A DNA stretch of 12,494 nt. Origin: an uncultured bacterium. Its GTDB lineage: Bacteria; CSSED10-310; CAZUFC01. The notes under the pieces are model-generated. The model was not told the origin of the DNA and searched no databases. It worked only from the letters and a program-made list of their open reading frames with translations. Below are positions 1 to 7,502 of this stretch, in pieces. Positions within the stretch are counted from its first letter, which is position 1; each line of letters starts with the position of its first letter. Where the stretch lies: NCBI GenBank assembly GCA_964619725.1, contig CAZUFC010000191.1:1-12494 (forward strand), written 5' to 3'. Position numbers and translations under genes: made by a program.

Positions 1-24
1 CAAAATTTAATGCTGGACAGCCAC
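1..24. repeat. Terminus of a repeat (MITE or IS end) running off the window's left edge
   Basis: Reverse complement GTGGCTGTCCAGCATTAAATTTTG matches GCGACTGTCCAGAATTAAATTTTG at 12361-12384 (21/24). Confidence 0.7.
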
Positions 25-28
25 TTGG

Positions 29-170
29 GTTTTGATCCATAAACGGGCGAATTTAAGTTAAAGCAATTAAGACAAGAATTTGCGAGGCAGGGGTAATGCA
101 TATACGTTGACTGAGCAAATCCGCAGCCTGACGCAGTATTGGGGAAAATTCGCCGTTTATGGACAAAAAC
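29..170. mobile_element. ~142-bp MITE-like palindromic element
   Basis: Imperfect terminal inverted repeats GTTTTGATCCATAAACGGGCGAATTT (29-54) and AAATTCGCCGTTTATGGACAAAAAC (146-170), with 2 mismatches and 1 indel. Internal nested stems ATTTGC 78-83 / GCAAAT 115-120 and CAG 88-90 / CTG 111-113. No credible ORF. Confidence 0.6.
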
Positions 171-264
171 GAGTTAGGTCAGAGGCTGTCGAATATCAAT
201 ATGTGAAATATTTGAGGGGCAGGCGCTGTCTGGAAGATTATTGTAAGGAGCGGTCTCACACACG

Positions 265-1254
265 TCAGGAATGCAATTCGACTATGTCGCCGTCCTGCAG
301 CATGTAATCCCTCTGAACTTTCTGACCGTCATATTTTCCTGATCCCCAGATTCTTGCGAATTTCAAATTTGCCCCGATATCTTTGTGTACGCTCATAGCC
401 AAGTCCGTAACGGAGCTGCCGACGGGCAGGACATGAGGTTCCTTGAGATCGGCTTCTTTTCCCGGGGATTTAGTGTAAATTCTAATGATTTTCAAGTAAT
501 GAAAGGTTTGTTGCAGTAGTTCGGGGATTCCCTTTTTCGATATGGCGGAGACGCTGAACATGGGGAAGGGGCACTCCAGCAACTCCTCCAAAACTTCAAA
601 ATTTTCCTGGTCCCCGGCAGAATCGTTATGCGTACAAACGACTAATACCCTTTTTTCAGCTATTGATTTTCCGGGTTGATCCTTTTCGTTCGGATGGACG
701 AATTTGATTTTGACATTTTCCAATATTCTGATGGTATCTTCATATTCTTCAAGAGGTCTTTTGCCTGATGGGTTGATCACCAGCCAAACGATGTCGGTGA
801 TCCTGATTAAATTCGGGACCCAGTATTCCATATGCTGTTCCGAAACAGGGGGAAGATCGAGCAACTGGAATTGTATGTTTTCAAATTTGGTCATGCCGCA
901 AAGAGGACTTCTCGTTGTGAAGGGATAATCGGCTATTTCGGGTTCGGCATTGGTTAATGAATCGAGCAATTGCGATTTTCCGACATTAGGTGCGCCGACC
1001 AGAGCTACTTGCCCTGCGCCTTCTTTTTCGACATGGACAGAGTATCCCTTTTTGCTGGTGGCTTTTGTTTTTTGAAGTTCTTCCTTGTGTTTTCGCATTC
1101 GGCGTTTTATGTCAGCTCGTATTTTTTCCGTGCCCTTATGCTTGGGTATTACCGCCATCATCTCCTCAAGACATCTGATTTTCTCCTCCGTATCGACGGC
1201 GGTGCGATAACGCTTTTCCGCTTCCAGATATTGCGGCGTTAAATTAGCAGGCAT
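265..1254 (-). CDS. Drg/Rbg-type OBG-family GTPase with C-terminal TGS domain (329 aa)
   Basis: N-terminus MPANLTPQY...PKHKGT is typical of prokaryotic Drg-like proteins. G1 GAPNVGKS, G2 YPFTT, variant G3 DLPP, variant G4 THND, G5 SA. TGS domain IRIYTK...VHKD...FARIWG...LQDGDIVELH. SD AGGAGG 10 nt upstream. Confidence 0.9.
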   Translation of the reverse strand: MPANLTPQYLEAEKRYRTAVDTEEKIRCLEEMMAVIPKHKGTEKIRADIKRRMRKHKEELQKTKATSKKGYSVHVEKEGAGQVALVGAPNVGKSQLLDSLTNAEPEIADYPFTTRSPLCGMTKFENIQFQLLDLPPVSEQHMEYWVPNLIRITDIVWLVINPSGKRPLEEYEDTIRILENVKIKFVHPNEKDQPGKSIAEKRVLVVCTHNDSAGDQENFEVLEELLECPFPMFSVSAISKKGIPELLQQTFHYLKIIRIYTKSPGKEADLKEPHVLPVGSSVTDLAMSVHKDIGANLKFARIWGSGKYDGQKVQRDYMLQDGDIVELHS

Positions 1255-1279
1255 TAACCATCATCCTCCTTTTTCCTTA

Positions 1280-3547
1280 TCAATAGCCAAATTTTTTTAA
1301 GCGTCTCATATCATCGCCGATTTGTATCATCGATTGTTCCAGCGACTTAATCCTGTGATTCTGATAATCAAGATTCCTGTTGATAAGCATCAACTCATTT
1401 CGGTTGTAATGAATCTTTTCAGAAACCAGAAAAATCTCAACGTACAGGCGCGCCAGAAGCCATTCAGTAAGCAAACAACATCTCCTGACGACGCTGCCTG
1501 AAAAATTTTCCCTTCCCGATAACTCGCTGATAATAAAAGACTTCACGTCACCATTCGAACAAAAGGGAATAAACGAAAAATATCGGTCTTCTGTTTCCGA
1601 TTCAATATCATGAAATATTTTACTCAGGTCCCTATGAGTCAGAACAAAAGGCCCCGCTCCCTTATGAAATTTTTTCAAAAATTCGACGCCGCCGTTTTTG
1701 AAACTTAACTCCTCCCATCCATATTCACGCTCCCGGCCTGAGTCTTCCTTGCTTTGCGTATTTAATGAACGATAAATATTTTCCTTCCCCCATTTTTTGA
1801 CGTAAAAAACAGCATTATCTGATTTCTGAATGCTTTCAAAGTTATCCAGCAAGTTTGAGAGAAAGCTGTTCGAAGAATCATGCCCGAGTGAGAAGAAGAC
1901 ATTATTCAAGACTATTTTTTTCTCACCCTGAAGCAAACGATGAATTTTCCTTCTTCCCTTTAGCTCTTCGATCAGCATTAAAGCTCTGTTCCATATGCGC
2001 CCGGACCGCTCCAACATATTAAAGGACAAATATCGATTATGATGTTGTATCACTGAATGATCCAATCTTTTTTCCGTTAAAACCGGGATGTAGCTGAACC
2101 AATCAACGCTTATCGCCGCAGAGCTTTTCCTCTTTTTTACCCTGTATCCCAAAATTCCCGGTTTTCCCGTTGAAAGCGTTTCATTAATCATCTCCCGTTC
2201 AAAAGGTAATTCTTCTCTTGGTCCTGATTTTAAAGTTCTTCTCCCCCTTGAATCCCTCATTACCAGCTTAGCGTCCTTTATTTCATACGCCGACGAAACT
2301 TCCTCGGACAGCCTTTCTAATTTCTCGTTCTCATTTACTTTCACGGATGTAGACCTGAAAACCTTGTTTAATATTTCATAATCCTGGGACACGTGTTTGA
2401 GTCGTTTTAGATTTTCCATCGAATCCGTAACATTCGTCATTTCCGCCAGAAAATCCGTCAATCTGCTTCCCAGTTTCAACCTATAGCAGCTTTTCGACAA
2501 TTTTATCAGCATTGAAACCCTTTTTTTCGATGTTCGACGCTTTCGCACTTCAAGTTCCTGGAATAACATCTTCAGTCTTTTCCGCATTTTCAAACCAACC
2601 ACATCTAATAAATTCATTCCTTCCAGAGAATGAATAAACGGCGTTTTCAATCCATAATCTCGAGCGATGGGGAAGAGGCGGCCGTTTTTGTGCAATCTTA
2701 ATAAAATATCCGGTGAGTTGACTGCCAGTTTCTTGAATCTTAACGGATTATTCAATTTGTGCCTTCGAATCAAATGAAAACCGGAAAAAAGATATGAAAT
2801 GAAGTAAAGTACTATAAAATAAAAAGAAATAATACGGAAAATCAGAGATAAATAAGTTATCTCATACAACTCGCCGTTCCCTGTAAAACCGTTTGCGTAC
2901 GCACTACTGTAAGCCCTCGCCGTCAGATGCGCTGTTATGGAAAAAATAAGAAGAAAATCTTCAGAAAAAAGTCCTTCGCTTTTTGCTTCCTTCAAGACGA
3001 ATCTCAATGCAAAATAAAGAACAACGACGATGCCTGATAAATCAATCAAGTTCCATATCCCCTCCTTGGCGTTTCCTTGTTCTATCAACGTCAAATCCGC
3101 TGATAAAGAAGGCATGGCCAGTAAAATCAAAAAAACGTAAAGTAAAGCTTTAAGAAATGAGCCGGTGTCATACCAAAAGAAATTCTTTTTAAGACTTAAT
3201 CGAGTGATTCCCCAGATAAGCGCGGCATAGCCGGCTAAACGGAACAGGTGAAGCGAGCCGTAAGGCGTACTGGGAAATATTGCCGGGCTTATGAGAAAGA
3301 AGGCTGAAGAAGCGATCAGATAATAGATCAGGATACCCAGGGTCGGTTGAGATATTTGATTTTTCACGAAAAAAACCACATTGGAGAGTAAGATGGCGGA
3401 AAGGAAATTAAAAAGGAAAATTATAGTCGTAGCGGGGAAGAAGTGGGCATGGCAAAATTGATAGGACGCTCCAAAAGTAATCAGGATGACAGGAAGAGTG
3501 AGGCCAAGGAGAGATAGTATTTTCTTATTTTCTGAAACTTTGATCAT
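1280..3547 (-). CDS. Polytopic membrane protein (755 aa) with ~8 N-terminal TM helices, degenerate PAS- and GAF-like cytoplasmic segments and a C-terminal coiled coil
   Basis: Long ORF with SD GGAG 9 nt before the ATG. First ~260 aa hydrophobic. PAS-like start LAVNSPDILLRLHKNGR. GAF-like segments (INETLSTGKP...FSYIPVL; FSFIPFCSNGDVKSFII...FSGSVVRR). Heptad-like tail. Domain assignments are by eye. Confidence 0.7.
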   Translation of the reverse strand: MIKVSENKKILSLLGLTLPVILITFGASYQFCHAHFFPATTIIFLFNFLSAILLSNVVFFVKNQISQPTLGILIYYLIASSAFFLISPAIFPSTPYGSLHLFRLAGYAALIWGITRLSLKKNFFWYDTGSFLKALLYVFLILLAMPSLSADLTLIEQGNAKEGIWNLIDLSGIVVVLYFALRFVLKEAKSEGLFSEDFLLIFSITAHLTARAYSSAYANGFTGNGELYEITYLSLIFRIISFYFIVLYFISYLFSGFHLIRRHKLNNPLRFKKLAVNSPDILLRLHKNGRLFPIARDYGLKTPFIHSLEGMNLLDVVGLKMRKRLKMLFQELEVRKRRTSKKRVSMLIKLSKSCYRLKLGSRLTDFLAEMTNVTDSMENLKRLKHVSQDYEILNKVFRSTSVKVNENEKLERLSEEVSSAYEIKDAKLVMRDSRGRRTLKSGPREELPFEREMINETLSTGKPGILGYRVKKRKSSAAISVDWFSYIPVLTEKRLDHSVIQHHNRYLSFNMLERSGRIWNRALMLIEELKGRRKIHRLLQGEKKIVLNNVFFSLGHDSSNSFLSNLLDNFESIQKSDNAVFYVKKWGKENIYRSLNTQSKEDSGREREYGWEELSFKNGGVEFLKKFHKGAGPFVLTHRDLSKIFHDIESETEDRYFSFIPFCSNGDVKSFIISELSGRENFSGSVVRRCCLLTEWLLARLYVEIFLVSEKIHYNRNELMLINRNLDYQNHRIKSLEQSMIQIGDDMRRLKKFGY

Positions 3548-3618
3548 TTAGAAATTCTCCAGCCTGTCTCATACCGATGTTCATTTCGTGCTGTTTGGCC
3601 GTATCTCATTGATTAAAT

Positions 3619-5859
3619 TCATTTTTTAATCGGCGGTATTACGATGCCTTTTTCCCTGACCACTTTGGGAGGAACTCCGATTTTAAAGGCGAAACCAGTG
3701 ACTTCGATATTTACGTGAAAATTTGAGAGAGAATAGAACTGAATTTCTTGAGGCATAATATAATCCTGGAAAGGGAAATCCGCTGCGAAATAAGGATTGG
3801 AATTTCGTCCGGTTTTATGGACTGCGGCGAGTTTTGTTTTTGAATGTAGTGAATTCGCTCGTTCTTTAAAACTTTGATAGTCAGGGAAAGTATGTTCGTA
3901 GGCGTTGAATTGAAATTTTCTCCGACGATTTTTACTGTCGACGACAACGATAAGCAAAGCCGGTTGAATTGTTGAAGCGGCATTTGAAGAGGCTGAGTTC
4001 ATTCTTGATACGATCTGGAATCCTTTGAATAATCTTTTAACGTTCAATTCAAATTTGACCGGAGTGACATTCACGTTTTCAATTTTTTTCCTATCCTGAA
4101 CATATTCGCCCAATTGCAGGAAGACATCCGGATTGTATTCAGCTTTGGTTTTGTATTGATAAACCTCATTTCCATCAAAAATCAAACCGTTCTTGGAGCC
4201 GTGATAGGGTTCGTCGGCGCGCAGGGTCACCAAAGTTCCCTTCTGCGGTTCAGTTTGACCCAAATCCACAGCGATTAGACCTCTTACGTCAATGTAGGCG
4301 AAAACTAGATGAGCCGACGAAAGAAGCATGAACATACTCACAATGCTTAAAATCGTCAAATTCAATTTCTTCGAAAAAATGAGTTCTCCGGATTCAAATT
4401 TCCGAAAGAGCCTGCAGCATACAATCAGGATAATGAAAGGGAGCAAGAAAACCGCAAAAGCCCCTGTGATATGAACATATTTCCCTTGCAAGATTTCAAA
4501 AGGCAAGCTTGATTCGACCAGTTTTTTAAAAAGTAGAGGAGAGAGGACGAATTGATTCCTAAACATTTCGGCGAATGACATCCTTATCCAGGGGGCCCCT
4601 AATTTTGAAAAATAGTATTGCGCCATTAACAACATATTCCATGGAACGGCCAGGATCGATATACCCAGAAAAGCCCATCGAATCACTTTTTTCTTTGAGA
4701 GAAACTCCAGAAGAGTGCAATAACCGATATAAAAAATAGGCATGAGATTCAAAAACCTTCGCATGCCGAAACCCACGCCGCTCCAATCTCGCCGGACGCA
4801 GTTCACGTAACTTTGAACCAAAAACAACAATAAGAATCCAGCGCCGAACTTGAACTTTTTCTTTAAAAAAAAGAGCAACCCGATTGTCGCCGGGATGAAG
4901 ATGGGATTCACCACAAATAATCCCTTGATTGAATCCAGAAAAACGATTTTAATCCTGGGACGAAACCACAGCATTCCGCCCGAGCCCTGGGGGTCCGTTA
5001 TAAATCGGCCGTAAATGGTCTGAGTCACTGTCAACTGAGGGATGATGCATAACCCGGCGAATACGGCTAAAATTATGTATCTTGCTATAAATAAAGGAAA
5101 ATCCTGTAATTTCTTCTTGCGGAAATGTTCGAACGCATCCACAGCCAATAATATGAATGTAAAAGCGTTCTGCCAGCGCGCAATTATCATAATGCCGCCG
5201 ATGACTCCCCACAATCCATAAAAAACTAACGATCTGTCGACTTTTTTATTTAAATTCAATACCCAGAAATAAATGAATAACGTCGTCATGAACAGCGACA
5301 AGGCGTGGGAAAAGGCCGGCGTTACGAAAACGAAAGCCGGTAAATGCGAGGCAGTGAAAATGATGAACAGGGATATCAGGGAATTTCGTCGATGGAAGAA
5401 ACGATCTGCGATTTTCAGCATTATCAGAAGCGTCAGGTAGCCCTGCAGCAGGGACAAAACGCCTATGACCATCCTGTAAGAGAGTTCATAACCGTTTGTA
5501 GGTCCGATTATTCCCGTTTTTTGAAATAGAAAAACGTCCACCAATCGGACCGCAAAAAAGAAAGGCGCCCATATCAACGGCGGACCAAAAGAAAAAATGT
5601 TCCTGGCATATCCGGTTTGTTCCCAGTCGCCGGGAATGAAATTCAGAATGGGAACATACTTGTAAGTATGAAAATCACGCTCATTTTGAAAATTCATCCC
5701 TCCGTCGAAAATCCAGGAACGCACGAATTCATAATAATATGCGCCGTCCGAATTTAAACGGGGAGAAAAAATGAAAATCATGAGAATGAAAAATATTATC
5801 AAAAGAAGAACAGGAGCATTCTCTTTCAACAATTTTATTTTCCGAAACAGATGGTTCAT
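3619..5859 (-). CDS. GT-C fold membrane glycosyltransferase (PMT/ArnT-like) with soluble C-terminal domain (~746 aa)
   Basis: TM1 is followed by SDGAYYYEFVRSWIFDG...FQNE (acidic first-loop motif of GT-C enzymes). About 12 TM segments with ARWQN and GFGMRRFL motifs. Start moved from 5985 to ATG 5859, which has AGGAG 10 nt upstream. Confidence 0.75.
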   Translation of the reverse strand: MNHLFRKIKLLKENAPVLLLIIFFILMIFIFSPRLNSDGAYYYEFVRSWIFDGGMNFQNERDFHTYKYVPILNFIPGDWEQTGYARNIFSFGPPLIWAPFFFAVRLVDVFLFQKTGIIGPTNGYELSYRMVIGVLSLLQGYLTLLIMLKIADRFFHRRNSLISLFIIFTASHLPAFVFVTPAFSHALSLFMTTLFIYFWVLNLNKKVDRSLVFYGLWGVIGGIMIIARWQNAFTFILLAVDAFEHFRKKKLQDFPLFIARYIILAVFAGLCIIPQLTVTQTIYGRFITDPQGSGGMLWFRPRIKIVFLDSIKGLFVVNPIFIPATIGLLFFLKKKFKFGAGFLLLFLVQSYVNCVRRDWSGVGFGMRRFLNLMPIFYIGYCTLLEFLSKKKVIRWAFLGISILAVPWNMLLMAQYYFSKLGAPWIRMSFAEMFRNQFVLSPLLFKKLVESSLPFEILQGKYVHITGAFAVFLLPFIILIVCCRLFRKFESGELIFSKKLNLTILSIVSMFMLLSSAHLVFAYIDVRGLIAVDLGQTEPQKGTLVTLRADEPYHGSKNGLIFDGNEVYQYKTKAEYNPDVFLQLGEYVQDRKKIENVNVTPVKFELNVKRLFKGFQIVSRMNSASSNAASTIQPALLIVVVDSKNRRRKFQFNAYEHTFPDYQSFKERANSLHSKTKLAAVHKTGRNSNPYFAADFPFQDYIMPQEIQFYSLSNFHVNIEVTGFAFKIGVPPKVVREKGIVIPPIKK

Positions 5860-5893
5860 TCGACAGTACTCCTGGTTTCCGTCATCGGATAAA

Positions 5894-5923
5894 AAATTAA
5901 CATGAAAAAAATGAAAAGAGCAA
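5894..5923 (-). promoter_or_regulatory. Putative sigma70 promoter for the glycosyltransferase gene
   Basis: TTGCTC (5923-5918), 18 bp spacer, TAATTT (5899-5894) preceded by TGn. The region is AT-rich, so a chance match is possible. Confidence 0.35.
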
Positions 5924-6047
5924 GGAAGAGATAGGGAGATTTGAAAAAAAAGCGTTTGAAAACTGTGAAAGGATTCCAGTTGCAAAAGAGGTTATGAGTG
6001 GGCATTGAGAGCGCCGGCCTGGGAAGAAAAAGCGCCGGGCGCATCCA

Positions 6048-6075
6048 AGTTTACATAATATATCTTATCGGACTC
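6048..6075 (-). other. dif: dif site (XerC/XerD recombination site)
   Basis: Minus strand GAGTCCGATAA-GATATA-TTATGTAAACT: 11+6+11 architecture with the conserved inner ATAA-N6-TTAT. The XerD arm is the same as the B. subtilis dif arm TTATGTAAACT (from memory). Intergenic location. Confidence 0.88.
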
Positions 6076-6176
6076 AAATTCAGGGCAGTCGGGGTCCGTA
6101 TTTCTCAGGTCCTCTCTCAGTCCATATTTCCGCCTGTTGTCAGGCATACAACATTGTAGAATGTCGTTTTTAACAA

Positions 6177-6211
6177 AATAATTTGAATTTGTTCAATTTA
6201 TTCCGTAACAT
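6177..6211 (+). promoter_or_regulatory. Putative promoter of the ABC locus with an overlapping palindromic operator
   Basis: TTGAAT (6183-6188), 17 bp spacer, TAACAT (6206-6211). Inverted repeat AATAATTTGAA-tttg-TTCAATTTATT (6177-6202, 10/11) covers the -35 box. Confidence 0.45.
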
Positions 6212-6240
6212 GCTTTGTAATTTTGCGAGGCGGTGTGAAA

Positions 6241-6384
6241 ATGCTTGAAGTCAAAAAATTATCCAAGTCTTTCGATGATATTGAAGCCGTGCGTAATGTC
6301 GATTTTCATTTTTTTCTTCGGTATGGCGTTCAGGTCAGGCGAACAGGAGGCGAAACCCAAGATAAGGATAACATACAAGGATGA
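6241..6384 (+). pseudogene. 5' remnant of an ABC transporter ATP-binding gene
   Basis: ATG 6241 with SD-like GAGGCGGTG reads MLEVKKLSKSFDDIEAVRNVDF, a typical ABC ATPase N-terminus. It then continues as unrelated sequence (HFFLRYG...) to TGA 6382-6384 with no Walker A motif. Not in the ORF track (47 aa). Confidence 0.8.
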
Positions 6385-7384
6385 GGACGGCGGCATATTG
6401 TCCGAAACCATACAGAGGGCTTTACTGACGGAAGAGAATATAGATTTCAAAAAGCATTCGGAACTAGGAGAAGAGAGCCCCATCAGGATATTACGCATAC
6501 CGGAGGGATTTACTGAAACGGTTTTAGGGGGCGAGCAGAGCACGATATACCTGGAGAAAGAAGAATCGGCAGATATGAAAGCTTCATTCGCCGGGGAAGT
6601 CTTGATTTATAAAACGATGATTAAAACAATCGCTGCCTTGATCAGAGGAGCGTCTGGCGAACCGGCGTTGCCCCTGACCGAAGTTCAGAAGCAAAAAATA
6701 CTGAATGCGGTGAAAGAGGACAGGTTGATCAGTTTGAAAACCAGGCCGGCAGGAGAACGGAAAAAGGCGCCTTCCGGTTTCGAGCAGCAATTGCCTGGAA
6801 CATTGGTCATGTTTACGCTTATGGTTTTGATTATCTATGGCGCCGGAGTATTTGTGGAGGAAAGAAAGCAAAACATACTCAGCCGCCTGTTGACAGCGCC
6901 GATCACAGGCGGGGACCTTTTGCTGGGCAAACTGGCCGGCCGTTTTCTTCCCGGCCTGATCCAGATCGTAACTCTGCTGATTATCGGAACAGTAATTTTC
7001 AAAGTACCCCTGGGCAATTCACCGGTTTCACTTCTTTTGCTGGTTCTTTCCCTGGCATTTACCGCTTCCGCCATCGGTTTATTTTTGGGTACATTAACCG
7101 GATCAATTGAACAAAGCGTCGGAATAGGCGTCCTGGCTGTAATAATTATGGCTTCTCTGGGCGGCTGCTGGTGGCCCCTTGAAATAATACCGAAAACGGG
7201 AAGAATCATAGGACACCTCTTCCCCACCGCCTGGGCCATGGACGGTTTTCACAAATTGATCTCCTACGGGCTGGGTTTCGCCGAAATATTCCCGGATATT
7301 CTGATTCTGGCGGGGTTCGGAGTCTTCTTCCTTCTCCTGGCAAGAGTGCGCATGATAAAAATATTCGCCAGACTTTTGCTGTAG
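6296..7384 (+). CDS. ABC-2 type exporter permease, N-terminally truncated (possible pseudogene)
   Basis: Partial TM1 IFIFFFGMAF, extracytoplasmic domain, EERKQNILSRLLTAP...LLGKL and SLGGCWWPLEI...PTAWAMDGF motifs. The usual N-terminal helix before TM1 is missing. The track start at TTG 6245 gives residues that are an alternative frame of the ATPase remnant. Confidence 0.8.
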   Translation: MSIFIFFFGMAFRSGEQEAKPKIRITYKDEDGGILSETIQRALLTEENIDFKKHSELGEESPIRILRIPEGFTETVLGGEQSTIYLEKEESADMKASFAGEVLIYKTMIKTIAALIRGASGEPALPLTEVQKQKILNAVKEDRLISLKTRPAGERKKAPSGFEQQLPGTLVMFTLMVLIIYGAGVFVEERKQNILSRLLTAPITGGDLLLGKLAGRFLPGLIQIVTLLIIGTVIFKVPLGNSPVSLLLLVLSLAFTASAIGLFLGTLTGSIEQSVGIGVLAVIIMASLGGCWWPLEIIPKTGRIIGHLFPTAWAMDGFHKLISYGLGFAEIFPDILILAGFGVFFLLLARVRMIKIFARLLL

Positions 7385-7502
7385 GAGGGAGTCGAAGGAT
7401 AACCCTAAAGCGCTCTTTGATCTTTGGCGTTGAGTGAGAAATGATCCGTATCAACATTGTCAACATGAGACAAATCGCCGTTCAAATCTAAATATGAGGT
7501 AA

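Noticed and set aside
182..257. Possible further element bounded by GAGGCTG...CGGTCTC
   Set aside because: Only 5/7 identity between the ends, too weak to call.
80..307. 75-aa + strand ORF
   Set aside because: Runs through the palindromic repeat and overlaps the GTPase 3' end; TTG start and no recognisable motif.
563..1517. KOPS octamers GGGAAGGG (563-570, +) and CCCTTCCC (1510-1517)
   Set aside because: One points toward dif and one away, so they give no support either way.
5860..5985. N-terminal extension of the glycosyltransferase (and the 5856-6044 ORF)
   Set aside because: Low-complexity intergenic sequence; the SD and promoter-like signals favour ATG 5859.
6309..6315. T7 run as a programmed frameshift or phase-variation site joining the ATPase leader to the permease
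   Set aside because: The product would carry only a 22-aa ATPase fragment with no function. The run is explained by Ile/Phe codons, and deletion is more parsimonious.
7385..7502. Bidirectional terminator or second dif-like site between the convergent genes
   Set aside because: No strong stem with a U-tract and no ATAA-N6-TTAT core found.
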